The notes beneath the pieces are model-generated. The model ran no database searches and was not told the origin of the DNA. It saw nothing but the letters and a program-made list of their open reading frames with translations. A program made the position numbers and the translations under genes. Positions 21,779-33,023 of a stretch of 64,000 nt of DNA are shown in pieces. Position 1 is the stretch's first letter; the number at the start of each line of letters is the position of its first letter. This DNA is from an uncultured delta proteobacterium (lineage in GTDB: Bacteria > Desulfobacterota > BSN033 > UBA1163), in the NCBI GenBank assembly GCA_963806715.1, contig CAWEAV010000080.1:1501-65500 (forward strand), given 5' to 3'.

Positions 21779-22135
21779 ATGAAAATAGAAGAGTATAATT
21801 TCCCAGACGATTTATACTACCACAAGGAGCATTTTTGGGCAAGGGTCGATGGAGATGTTGTCACCATTGGAACCACCGATTTTGCCCAAAAATTGGCCGG
21901 GCAGGTCGTGTATATCGAATTGCCCTCTCCCGGAAAGGCAGTGGAACAAGGTAAACCCTGCGGCTCGATGGAATCCGGAAAATGGGTGGGAAGGATCTAC
22001 GCCCCTGTCTCCGGGAAGATTGAGGCGATTAATGGCGAACTGGAAGATACTCCTGAACTGATCAACGAAAGCCCCTACGAAAAGGGCTGGATGTGCAAAA
22101 TCAAGGCCTCCAAACCTCCAGGGACCAGAAACTGA
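21779..22135 (+). CDS. gcvH: Glycine-cleavage H-like lipoyl carrier protein (orphan; no gcvT or gcvP nearby)
   Basis: - It matches the GcvH pattern: HFWARVDGDVVTIGTTDFAQ, the lipoyl-Lys context MESGKW, and YAPVSGKIEAIN...INESPYEKGWM.
- The C-terminus may be disturbed. An alternative frame reads ..ADFIKSEIEG-stop, ending at 22181. Confidence 0.8.
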   Translation: MKIEEYNFPDDLYYHKEHFWARVDGDVVTIGTTDFAQKLAGQVVYIELPSPGKAVEQGKPCGSMESGKWVGRIYAPVSGKIEAINGELEDTPELINESPYEKGWMCKIKASKPPGTRN

Positions 22136-22391
22136 TGAAAGAGAGCCTGCCGATTTCATCAAATCCGAAATCGAAGGGTAAAAAAGGTGAAAGAAGAAAA
22201 TCTTCATTGAAAAGCCAGTCTTTATTTGATTGACAGGGTTGAAAAAGTGTAAAAGTGATAACCGGATCGGATTTGTCACTTGATGAAATGACTTACAGGT
22301 TTTTAAATCGAAATTTTACAAATAAACTTCAGGGTGACGTTAGTTTTTATGATCCTTCAGAATTCATTCTTTCGAATTTTCCGGAGACTCC

Positions 22392-22874
22392 ATGCGTCGA
22401 TTGGTCGATACCTTGTCCTTTGAAGAACTTAAGAAGATCGACCAGGTCATTGCTAAATACAATGGGAAGCACGGATCTCTTATCCCTGCCCTCAAAGAAA
22501 GCCAGGATATCTGTGGTTACCTGCCAAGGCAGGTTCAAAGGCGAATCGCCGAAGGGTTAAACATCTCCCCTTCTCAGATCTACGGAGTCGTCTCCTTTTA
22601 TGCCTTTTTCACGACCATCCCAAGGGGAAAGCACATCATCCGGGTCTGCCTTGGGACGGCCTGCTATGTCAAAGGGAGTAAACAGATCCTGGAAAAACTT
22701 GAACAGGAGTTGGGCCTCAAGGTTGGAGGCATTACGAGGGACCGAAAATTTTCTCTTGAAGCGGTCCGGTGCCTCGGATGCTGCAGCTTAGCGCCGGCCA
22801 TGGTCATCGACAACGACACCCATGCCCTGATGGTACCCTCTGAGGCAGTCCGAATAGTCCGATCATACGAGTAG
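22392..22874 (+). CDS. nuoE: NuoE/HoxE/HndA-like [2Fe-2S] thioredoxin-like subunit of an NADH-dependent module
   Basis: 160 aa with the SLIPALKESQDICGYLP pattern and Cys motifs CLGTAC and CLGCC. Confidence 0.85.
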   Translation: MRRLVDTLSFEELKKIDQVIAKYNGKHGSLIPALKESQDICGYLPRQVQRRIAEGLNISPSQIYGVVSFYAFFTTIPRGKHIIRVCLGTACYVKGSKQILEKLEQELGLKVGGITRDRKFSLEAVRCLGCCSLAPAMVIDNDTHALMVPSEAVRIVRSYE

Positions 22875-22877
22875 CCC

Positions 22878-24766
22878 ATGCAGCTATCAAGAATAGAAGA
22901 TTTAGAAAAGATCAAGGAGCAGATCTTTCAGGACCTTACCCTTCAAAAAGAGGGGATTCGGACGAAGATCAATCTTCACATGGGGACATGCGGGATTGCT
23001 GCAGGGGCCAACAGGCTCCAGGCATTCATCAACAGAGAGATTGAGGAAAAAGGGCTGAAGGATATCAAGATCATCCATTCCGGCTGTGCAGGCCTTTGCA
23101 GCCGTGAACCCATGGTGACTATTGAATCTATCGGGCTCCCGCCCGTGAAATATTGTGACCTTAATGAGGAGAAGATTCAGGAGATTTTTAGCCGGCATGT
23201 TTTGAAGGGAGAGATCGTTGATGCCTATGCCCTTGCGTTCGAAATGGAGGGCGATGCTCCGATGACATCGGCTCCCGGAGAAGATCCCGAAATTCAGGAC
23301 ATCCCATTTTTCAAGCATCAGACTCTCTGGGCCCTTCGAAATAAAGGACTGATCGACGCGGAGGAAATTGATCAGGCTATCTCAAGGAGCGCCTATTTCG
23401 GACTGGCCAGGGTTCTCACCGCATGACCCCTGAGGCTGTCATTGAGGAGGTGAAGATCTCCGGTCTTCGAGGCCGCGGGGGTGCCGGGTTTCCTACAGGC
23501 GCAAAATGGGAGGAGGGAAGACGGTATGCCTCTTTTCCAAAGTACGTCATCTGCAACGGCGATGAAGGAGACCCGGGAGCCTTCATGGACCGTTCTCTTC
23601 TGGAGTCCGATCCCCATGCCGTATTGGAAGGAATGATCATCTGCGGTTATGCCATTGATTCCCATCAGGGATACGTTTATGTCAGGGCGGAATATCCCCT
23701 GGCGATCCACCGGCTCGGCATAGCCATCGAACAGGCCAGAAAGTACGGGCTTCTCGGGAGAGAACATCCTGGGTTCGGGATTCGATTTCGATATCGGGAT
23801 ATATCCTGGAGCCGGAGCTTTCGTCTGCGGAGAATCGACGGCCCTGATGTATTCTCTGGAAGGGAAACGGGGAATGCCCCGGATCAAACCCCCGCGCTCG
23901 ACTGAGGCCGGGTCTCTGGGGGCAGCCCACCGTTCTCAATAATGTCGAGACCTTCGCCAATATCCCGGCCGATTATTCGGAACGGAGGGAAATGGTTTGC
24001 CTCCATAGGGACCAAGGGCTCCAAGGGGACAAAGGTCTTTGCCCTGGCCGGTATGGTCAAGAATGTGGGACTCGTCGAGGTCCCCATGGGAACGACCCTC
24101 CGGACCATTGTGGAGGAGATTGGCGGAGGGGTTCCGGGGGGCCGAAAATTCAAGGCAATCCAGATTGGCGGACCTTCGGGGGCCTGTCTCCCCGCCCCGC
24201 TTCTCGATACCGAGGTCGATTTCGATTCTCTCGATGAGGCGGGAGCCATGATGGGCTCGGGCGGCCTCGTTGTCATGAATGATTCGACCTGCATGGTGGA
24301 TACGGCCCGGTTCTTCACTGATTTCTCTGTAGACGAATCCTGCGGGAAATGCGTCCCTTGCCGTATCGGATTGAAGGTGATGCTCAATATCCTGAATCGA
24401 ATCGCCGCGGGAAAGGGAACGATGGAAGATATCGACCTCCTGGAGCGATTGGGCAAGCATATCAAGGACTCCTCCCATTGCGGTCTTGGAAAGAGCGCTC
24501 CCAATCCCGTCCTCTCCACGATCCGTTATTTCCGGAATGAATACGAAGCCCATATCCAGGAGAGACGATGCCCGGCCCTGGTCTGCCCTGATCTGATCCA
24601 GTTCCGCGTCAATCCGGAAAAATGCAAGATGTGCGGTCTCTGTCAGAAGGCATGCCCGGTGGAGGCCGTCAGCTGGGAGAAGAAGGCACCGGCGGTCATC
24701 GATTCGGAAAAGTGCACGCAGTGCCGGTCCTGTATCCAGGCATGTAAGTTTTGGGCAATCGAATAG
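22878..24766 (+). pseudogene. nuoF: NuoF/HydB/HndC-like NAD(H)- and FMN-binding subunit with an N-terminal HndB-like 2Fe-2S domain and a C-terminal 2x[4Fe-4S] domain; at least four frame interruptions
   Basis: - Motifs recovered across frames: [84 protein letters not shown].
- The frame switches near 23420, 23756-23758 (G-run), 23905 and 23975. Confidence 0.85.
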
Positions 24767-24834
24767 CAATGGAATCGATGCGAAGATCTGGAATCAATTT
24801 TCAAACTATCCCATCATCCCCTTTTTAGACCATT

Positions 24835-27382
24835 ATGAAGAGCCAAACCGAATAAACTGAAGATCGATAGCATCGAGGTCGAGGTTGAACGGGGAAAGAT
24901 GATTCTCGAGGCAGCCGAGGCTGCCGGGGTCAGGATCCCTACCCTCTGCCATGACCGAAGGCTCGTCCCTTTTGGCGCCTGCCGGCTCTGTGTGGTCCAG
25001 CAAAAAGGAAAGAAAGAGCTCCAGCTTGCCTGTTTTACCCCGGCCAGGGATGGGATGGAGATCATCACCCAATCCCCTGAGATCAAGGAATCAAGAAGAC
25101 TCCAGCTCCAGCTCATCCTTCTCAATCACCCCATGATCTGTCCCCGCTGTGAAAGGAAGGGAGAGTGTGCCCTCCAACCCTGGTCTATGAGTATGGGGTG
25201 GAGGAGACCCAATATCCATGGGAAAAGATTTCTCTTCCCGATAGATGACATCTCTTCTCTTCTCCAGAGGGATCCGAACAAATGTATCCTCTGCGGCCGG
25301 TGTGTTCGGATCTGCGACGAGGTTCAGGGGATAGGAGAGCTTTCCTTTACCGAGAGGGGAATAAAATCATCGATCGACACCGATTTTCACCGGCCCCTCG
25401 ATTGCGAATTCTGCGGCCAGTGTCTGGATACCTGTCCTGTGGCTGCAATCACGAGTGACTGTTTTGACTACGCACCGAAGGCATGGGAATTGAAAGAGAC
25501 AACGACGCCCTGCCCTTACTGTGGCTGTGGATGCCTCCTTACAATAGGTTCGAAAGACGGAGAGGTGAAGCGCGTCTTCTCCGATCCATGTCCGGGGCCG
25601 AGTGACGGCAATCTCTGCGTCAAGGGCCGATTTGGATGGGACTTCATCGATCACCCGGACCGGATCAAGACCCCGCTGCTGAGGGTCAAGGGTGAATTGA
25701 GAGAGGCCTCCTGGGACGAAGCGCTCCATTTCATTGCGACAGAACTCGAAAAGTCAAAGACCCAATCGGGTCCGGAGTCGATCGCCGGCATTCGTTTCCA
25801 GCCGATTGACCAACGAAGAATACTATCTCTCCAAAAAACTGTTTAGAGAAGCTATCGGAACAGATCAGATCATGCCTTGAGTGGCGGCAGCGCTTACGAA
25901 GGATTGACAGAGGGATTATCCCAAACATTAGGCATCCCTGCTTCTACCAATTCGATTCATGAACTGAGAAGACGGATTGCATCCTGATCATCGGGGTTGA
26001 CCCGGCAGAAACCCATCCTATCGTGAAGAATGAAATCCATCTCGCCATCCGGAAGAACAGGGCTCAGTTGATCGTGGTCGGGAGCTATGATATCGGCCTC
26101 AGTCGAAATACGCAGATTTCGCCTCTTTCAGCCTCCAGCCATCCTTCTCCTCGGAAAACCCGGAATGGAGGTCCCTCTTCTGAATGGAATCACCCGGACG
26201 ATCCTAAAAGAGGGTCTCGAGAATAAGGGTTTCATCGATGAAAGAACCGAGGGAATTGAAGCCTTGAGGAAGAAGGTTACAGATCTCGGAAACCGAAGTG
26301 ACTGAAGCGCTTTCAGAGACAACGAGAAAGGATCTCGAAAAGGCAGCCAGGGCCTTTGCCCAGGCCAAACACGGCATGATCCTGATCGGAGCAGGAGACT
26401 GGTCGCATCTTCCCCATAAAAGGATTGCCGTTGCTGCTTCGAACCTTGCCCTGATGACAGGGCATCTTGGAAAAGAATCTTCCGGCATCCTCGTCCTCCC
26501 GGAAAAATGTAACAGTCAGGGAGCTATCGATCAGGGGATCCTTTCAAATGGAGGGACCAAGAGTCTTCTTGAAAAAGGTGGAAGAAGGAAGATTAAGGGC
26601 TCTTTACGTTGTAGGTGAGGACCTTCTCGCCCTCTCTTCCCAGCCTGATCGTCTGAGAAAAGCCTTGAGAATCTTCCCCTTCTCGTGGCCCAGGACCTCT
26701 TCATGACAGAGACAGCAAAGATGGCCCATGTCGTTCTTCCTGCCGCCTCTTTTGTCGAGAAAGAAGGAACCTATACCAATTTGGAGCGGAGGGTCCAGAA
26801 GACTCAACCCCCTGCGTCCTCCGGCGCATGGGTCAAAACCGGATTTTGACATCTTCCTTCATCTCCTTCATATGCTTGAATGCCTCTTCCTGGTAGAACA
26901 CCCGGAGGCCATCTTTAAGGAGATTTCCCATCAGAATCCGACATTATCAAGGGATCGAGTATGGAGAGCAGTGGCCAAAAGGGGCTTCTTACCTCTATTC
27001 GAATGGATTCCCGAAGGGGAAAGGCAAAATTGATCCCTGTTGAGGATCGGGATCTTCAATTCTTCTCCAGTGAAAAAGGGGAATACCCTCTTCTTCTGAT
27101 CCAGAGGCCTTCGCTCTTTCAATCAGGTCTTCTCAGCTCAAAGAGTGAGAACCTGGGAATGGTTCAAAGAGAGCCTCTTCTGGAGATCAATCCTGATGAC
27201 GCGGGAAGCCTGGGGATCGAAGATGGAGAGGCGGTCCGGATTTTAAACCCTGCAGGCCGGTCAATGAAGATAAAAGTGAAGGTTTCCAAAAGACCTGCCA
27301 AGGGGTCATGACGGCTCCCTGGCCTTGCCCGTTGATTGAGGAAAGGGGGATTGTATCAGTAAAGATTGAAAAAACGACTTAG
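24835..27382 (+). pseudogene. NuoG / formate-dehydrogenase-alpha-like subunit (N-terminal 2Fe-2S and 4Fe-4S domains plus a molybdopterin-oxidoreductase fold); about ten or more frame interruptions
   Basis: - Readable segments: IPTLCHDRRLVPFGACRLCVV, HPMICPRCERKGECALQ, CILCGRCVRICDE, CEFCGQCLDTCPV, CPYCGCGCLL...GNLCVKGRFGW, SSRLTNEEYYL, LIIGVDPAETHPIV and [31 protein letters not shown].
- The C-terminal barrel segment reads LEINPDDAGSLGIEDGEAVRI.
- The ATG at 24835 is already out of frame with the body. Confidence 0.75.
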
Positions 27383-27397
27383 ACGAAGAAGAATGTC

Positions 27398-27466
27398 ATG
27401 CTGAATTTGGTTCAGCATCTGGCTCTATTTCTTTGAGGAAACCAGACCCTGAAACGAGTTCAGGGT
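27398..27466. repeat. Two related hairpins in the nuoG-like/hdrC spacer
   Basis: ATGCTGAA-TTTGG-TTCAGCAT (27398-27418) and ACCCTGAA-ACGAG-TTCAGGGT (27446-27466). Both share a CTGAA-N5-TTCAG core. Confidence 0.45.
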
Positions 27467-27487
27467 GACAACAGCAGAGAGTATTTC

Positions 27488-27986
27488 ATGATCGATTCTA
27501 AAACCCTTGATCCTGATTTCAGTCTTCTCATTGCCAAGGAACCAGGGGGAGAACACATCAAGCGGTGCTTCTCCTGTGGAACCTGTACTGCGGGCTGCCC
27601 GGTCCGGGAAGTCACAGACCGGTACAATCCGAGGAAAGATCATTCGGATGGCCATCCTGGGGATGAAGAAGGAGGTCCTCTCCAGTCAGTTCATCTGGCT
27701 CTGTTCCTCCTGCTACACCTGTTTTGAACGGTGTCCCCAGGATGTGAGAATCCCTGAACTGATGAATGCCATCAGGAATATTGCGGTGAGAGAAGGCTAT
27801 ATTCCTCCGGCCATGAAGGTGCAACTGGACCTCCTCTCATCCTTTGGCCGACTCCTGGAGATCACCGATTTCGAAAATGACAGGAGAAAGGAACTGAATC
27901 TACCCCTCGTCCAGGGAAAGACGGAAGAGATCAAAAAGATCTTGGAAAAGCTGGGGCTTCATCGTGAAGAAAAGACAGAAAAATAG
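27488..27986 (+). pseudogene. hdrC: Heterodisulfide reductase subunit C-like protein, one frame interruption
   Basis: It has two ferredoxin-type motifs, CFSCGTCTAGCP and CSSCYTCFERCP. The frame switches near 27640 (..RYNPRK / IIRMAILG..). Confidence 0.85.
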
Positions 27987-28860
27987 TCCTTCAGAGGTTC
28001 ATTATACCCTTTTCCTGGGTTGCACGGTCCCTGTCCGGGCTGCCAATTATGAGCTCTCTGCCCGGAAAGTGGCGGAAAGGCTGGATGTCCAGCTCCATGA
28101 CATCCCTGAGTTCGCCTGTTGCGGTTATCCGATCAAATCGGTCAATCACTATGCCTATCTCCTGATGGCTGCCCGCAACCTCGCCCTTGCCGAGGAGAAA
28201 GGATCATCCCCTCTGCACCCTCTGCAGCGCCTGCTGTGGCGCCCTGACCGAGGCCAATCACGAAATCCAGGAGGACGAAAAGCTTCGAAAAAGGATCAAT
28301 GAGGATCTTTCGCGCTGGATCGGGAAGAAGTACAAAGGAGGCGTCCGGGTGACCCACTTCATCCGGGTCCTGAAGGAGGATGTGGGATACAAGAGGATTG
28401 CGGAAGAGATCCAGGTCGATCTTTCGTCCCTTCATCTCGCCCCCCATTACGGTTGCCACTATACCAAACATCGACCATTTATGCGAGGATCGAAGATCCC
28501 GAGAATCCCAAAAGCCTGGATGAACTGATCGAGGTCGAGCGGAGCACAAATCGATCTCTTATGAAAATAAACTTTCGTGCTGCGGCGGTGGGGTGTCTGG
28601 CCATTGATGAGCAGGTGGCCCTCGGAATGGCAAAGAACAAACTGGACCATATTCGGGCCAGCCAGGCCGATGCCATGATCCTCATCTGCCCCTTCTGCGA
28701 CATCATGTACGAATCGAACCAGAAAAAGATCGAGAAGGTGGCTGGGAAAGAATACAAATTGCCCATCCTGTTCTATCCCCAACTCCTGGGACTCGCCATG
28801 GGGATGGAGCCGGATGAACTGGGAATGAAGATGAACCGTGTGAAGCCGCAGAGCTCTTGA
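27964..28860 (+). pseudogene. hdrB: Heterodisulfide reductase subunit B-like protein (two CCG domains), several frame interruptions
   Basis: - EFACCGYP (first CCG) and KLSCCGGGV (second CCG, in a third frame near 28575).
- The C-terminus ADAMILICPFCDIMYESNQ is readable.
- The GTG start overlaps the end of hdrC. Confidence 0.85.
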
Positions 28861-28887
28861 AGAAGATCAACAGGAGGCCGAGCTAAG

Positions 28888-31153
28888 ATGAGCCAGTCAG
28901 GACATCCCCCTCTCGAGATCCGGTCGGTGCCGTGCTGGTCGTCGGCGGAGGGATTGGAGGCATCCAGACCTCCCTCGACCTCGCGGAATCGCGGTTTCAA
29001 GGTCTACCTCCTGGAGAAGAATATCAGCATTGGCGGAACCATGGCCCAGCTCGACAAGACCTTCCCCACCAATGACTGCTCCATGTGCATCATGTCTCCC
29101 AAGCTGGTCGATGCGGGCACGGCACCGGAACATCGAGATCCTGACCAATGCGAAAGTGGAGAAGGTTGAAGGAGAAGCCTGGCCACTTCAAGGTTCTCGT
29201 CCACAAAAAGGCCCGCTCCGTGACGATTGAAGACTGTAAGGCCTGCGGCGACTGCGTCAAAGTCTGTCCCGTGAAGATTCCCAATGACTATGAACAGGGT
29301 CTTGTGACCCGGGCAGCCATCTACCAGCTCTTTGCCCAGGCGATGCCGAGCGCCTACGGGATTGAGAAGCGGGGCATTCCTCCCTGCCGTGCCGCCTGCC
29401 CTCTCCATGTCAATGCCCAGGGATACGTTGCCCTGATCTCTGTGGGCAAATTCAAGGAGGCCTTCGAACTCGTCAGAGAGAAACTGCCCTTCCCGGGGAT
29501 CCTTGCCTATGCCTGCTCTCACCCCTGCGAATGGGAATGCAAACGGATCGAAGAGGATCGGCCAATTCCCATCTGCCATCTCAAGAGGTTCCTCGTTGAT
29601 CATGTCGAAGAACCTGAGTTTGAATTCACAACACCCCAGGAGAATGGAAAGAAGGTGGCCATCATCGGCTCAGGTCCTGCCGGACTCATGGCAGCCCATG
29701 ATCTGAGAAGGATGGGCTATACGTCACCCTCTTCGAAGCCAGAGACAAGATGGGAGGCCTCTTGACGGATGGCTTTCCCTCTTATCGACTTACCCAAAAA
29801 GGTGGTCGAGAAGGATCTCTCCATCATCGAAAAGATGGGGATCGAAGTCCATCTCAAAACGCGGGTCGGGAAGGTCTCTGTGGGAGCTCTCTTGCAAGGT
29901 TTCGATGCCATCTTTATTGCCACGGCGTTTCCGGAGACAGACCGATGGTCAAGGCCTTTAAGGGACTGAAGGGAACCCGATGGGGAACCATTCTTGCGGA
30001 CCCCATCACCCTTGAAACAAGCCTTAAGGGAGTCTTTGCAGGAGGCGATACGGTTACAGGTCCTGGAACGATTGTCGAATCCATGGCCCATGGAAGAAAG
30101 GCCGCGATCTCCATCGATCGTTACCTTCGCGGAGAAGATTTGACACAGGACAGGGAATCCGAAGGGAGCCAGAAATCGCCTCTGGGGACCAAGCTTCCCT
30201 ATTCCCAACGGAAGGAGCGAGAGACACCTCCGGATATGGTCAAGCCTCTCGATTCAGGCCTCACGGCCGAGGAGGCCATCGAAGAGGCAAAGCGCTGTCT
30301 CCAGTGCGGAGGATGCTCCGAATGCATGGAGTGTGTCAAGGCCTGTGAGGCGAAGGCCATCAACCACCAGATGAAAGATGAGAAAGTGGAGATCGAGGTG
30401 GGTTCCATCATCCTCTCCCCAGGGTTTGATGAATTCTCCCCTTCCATGAAGACGGAGTATGGTTATGGCCGATTTCCCAATGTGGTCTCAAGCATTGAAT
30501 TTGAGCGATTCCTTTCTGCCTCCGGTCCTTTCAAGGGACAGATTCTGAGACCCTCGGATGACAAACACCCCAAAAAGGTGGCCTGGATCCAATGCGTCGG
30601 GTCAAGGGATCCCCATATTGGGAAGGGGTATTGTTCATCTGTCTGCTGTATGTACGCGACGAAAGAGGCGGTCATCGCAAAAGAACATGCCCGGGAGATG
30701 GAAGCCACCATCTTCTTCATGGACATGAGGGCTTACGGAAAGGACTTCGACAAGTATATCGAAAGGGCGAAGAAGGAGTATGGGGTCCGTTACATCCGCT
30801 CGCGCATCTCTCATCTCAAGGAAGACCCGGACAGCCATAACCTTTTCATTCATTACGAGACCGAAGAAGGAGAGATGGTCTCTGAAGAGTTCGACATGGT
30901 CGTCCTTTCTGTCGGCCTCGAGCCTGTCCGGGATCACCTTGAGATATCGAAGATCTTCGGGATCGATCTTAACCACTACGGATTTGCCCAGACATCGACA
31001 TTTGCCCCGCTTCAGACCTCAAGACCAGGCGTCTTTGTGAGTGGTGTCTTCTCCGGACCTAAAGATGTCCCCGAAACGGTAGCGCAGGCCTCCGCAGCCG
31101 CCGCAGAAGCCTCCTCCCTTCTCGCCCCTCTCGAGAGGGACCCTGGTGACTGA
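28888..31153 (+). pseudogene. hdrA: HdrA-like flavoprotein carrying an inserted GltD/NfnB-like domain; multiple frame interruptions
   Basis: - HdrA signatures: [54 protein letters not shown] and WIQCVGSRD...YCSSVCCMYATK.
- They are interrupted by a GltD-like block: PPCRAACPLHVNAQGY...CSHPCEWECKR, KKVAIIGSGPAGLMAAHDL and GVFAGGDTVTGPGTIVESMAHGRKAA.
- The first frame switch is in C-run 28906-28910. Confidence 0.8.
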
Positions 31154-32893
31154 AAAGGAGTACGTCCCGGAGAAGAATGTGAATTACGAGAGGCCGCGAA
31201 TAGGGGCCTTCATCTGCCACTGCGGAATCAATATCGCGGGCGTTGTGGACGTGCCTTCTGTCGTGGAATATGCCAGGACCCTTCCCCATGTGGTTTATGT
31301 GGATGGAAATCTCTACACCTGTTCACAGGATACCCAGGAGGTCATCAAAAAGGCGATTGAGGAGCATCAATTGAATCGGATCGTTGTGGCCTCATGCACC
31401 CCAAGAACCCATGAACCTCTCTTCCAGGATACGATCCGGGAGGCTGGCCTTAACCGCTATCTCTTCGAGATGACCAACATCCGGGATCAGTGTTCCTGGG
31501 TCCATATGCATCAACCCAGAGAAGCCACGGAGAAGGCAAAAGACCTGGTGAGAATGGCCATTGCCAAGGCAGCCCTCCTCGAACCCCTTCCCACCCAGAT
31601 GATCGAGATGAACCAGAAGGCCCTGGTCATCGGAGGTGGCCTTGCAGGAATGACGGCTGCCCTTGAAAATTGCCCAGGCAGGCTTTGAAGTCTTTTTAGT
31701 TGAAAGAGAGGAAGAACTGGGGGGAAAAGCCAGAAGAATCCACTACACTCTCGATGGCATGGATGTCCAATCCCATCTCAAAGACTCATCGGTGAGGTTG
31801 AGAGACATCCCAGCATCCATATCTTCAGGGGAACAACAATCGAAAAGGTGGATGGGTTTGTCGGAAATTTCAAGACAGGGATCAAAACCAAGGGTGAAAT
31901 AAGAACCATCGATCACGGCGTAGTCATTGTTGCCACGGGGGCTGAAGAATATCGCCCGGCAGAATTTCTCTATGGCCAGGATAGTCGGGTCACCACTCAG
32001 ATGGACCTCGAAAAGGAGATGGTCCTCCATCCGGAGTCATTCAAGGCCTCTAAGAATATCGTGATGATCCAGTGTGTTGGGTCAAGAAACGAGGAGAGAC
32101 CTTACTGCAGCCGGATCTGCTGCTCCGAGGCGATTAAGAACGCCCTGATGCTCAAGCAGATCAATCCCGGAGAACAATGTCTATATCCTCTATCGTGACA
32201 TTCGGACCTATGGCTTCAAAGAGGACTATTACGAGAAAGCCAGGGATGCGGGTGTCCTCTTCATCCGTTATGACCAGGAGAAGGAACCTCGCCTTGAAAA
32301 AGGAGAAGAAGGTCTCCAGGTCATCGTCCATGAACCTGATCCTCCATGACGACCTTCTCATCCGGGCCGATCGCGTGGTCCTGAGCCCTGGAATCATTGC
32401 TCCCCATGAAAATGAGGGCCTTTCGAAGATGCTCAAGGTGCCTTTCAATGCGGATGGTTTCTTCCTCGAGGCCCACATGAAACTGAGACCGGTCGATTTC
32501 GCCACTGAAGGGATCTTCCTGGCAGGTCTGGCCCACAGTCCCAAATCGATCGATGAGACGCTCTCTCAGGCCAATGCGGCCGTCTCCCGGGCTCTGACGC
32601 TTCTTGACCAGGACCCATCTCGAAACGATCGGAACCATCTCCGAGATCGACGAGAAAAAGTGTGTCGGCTGCGGCCTCTGTGCAGACCTCTGTCCGTATA
32701 AGGCGATTGAGATCGTCTGGAAGAGAACGGTCGTGGGCGAAAAACTGGTGGCCCAGGTCAACAAGGCCCTCTGCAAGGGATGCGGTGTCTGCACAGCCTC
32801 TTGCCGGTCAGGCTCTGTGGACCTGAAAGGATTTAGCAACGGAAGAGATCGTGGCCCAGATCACAGAACTCTGTGCTTCATGATAAGATCCGC
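31146..32893 (+). pseudogene. hdrA: Second, canonical-length HdrA-like flavoprotein; multiple frame interruptions. It may be fused to the preceding gene.
   Basis: - It has the N-terminal Cys domain IGAFICHCGINIAG and ALVIGGGLAGMTAAL.
- It also has IQCVGSRNEERPYCSRICCSEAIK and C-terminal ferredoxin motifs CVGCGLCADLCP and CKGCGVCTASC.
- The GTG at 31146 overlaps the upstream stop (GTGACTGA). Confidence 0.8.
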
Positions 32894-32941
32894 AATGACA
32901 AATCCCGACTCCCAATGGTGCAGATGGTGAAGAGTCAAGTG

Positions 32942-32995
32942 GTCATTTGGTTACTCAATGATCCGAATTGATCATTGGGATTTGACGATTTTGTT
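32942..32995. repeat. AT-rich TTTGG-type intergenic spacer repeat (copy A)
   Basis: It contains GTCATTTGGTTA (32943-32954), identical to 35610-35621. It also has TGGTTACT, shared with 48006-48013. Confidence 0.45.
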
Positions 32996-33023
32996 CTGAG
33001 TTTCAATTCGAAGGCATTGTAAA

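Noticed and set aside
22878-23426. HndB-like 2Fe-2S protein as a separate gene coupled by ATGA (23423-23426) to nuoF.
   Set aside because: The downstream ORF starts with [20 protein letters not shown]. In NuoF/HydB-type proteins this is an internal segment preceded by sequence like that at the end of the upstream ORF. The combined length of about 630 aa matches fused HydB/HndC-type subunits, so a one-base indel is more likely. This is not fully excluded.
23936-24769. Long antisense or alternative-frame ORFs in the track: 436-984(-), 1034-1777(-), 23884-24519(-), 23936-24769(-), 29004-29603(-), 37502-38368(-), 51443-52222(+), 52547-53179(+), 53176-53832(+) and 15927-16460(+).
   Set aside because: Each lies entirely inside a gene on the opposite strand or in another frame that has clear family signatures. 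Their translations are low-complexity (Arg/Pro/Gly/Ser-rich) with no motifs. These are typical shadow ORFs of moderately GC-rich coding DNA.
25878-25880. In-frame TGA in one frame of the nuoG/fdhA-like gene, as a possible selenocysteine codon of a formate dehydrogenase.
   Set aside because: The residues around it in that frame (IMP-TGA-VAAALTKD, then another stop) do not resemble the conserved U-H active-site context. A neighbouring frame gives a continuous NuoG-like sequence, and I saw no obvious SECIS-like hairpin directly downstream.
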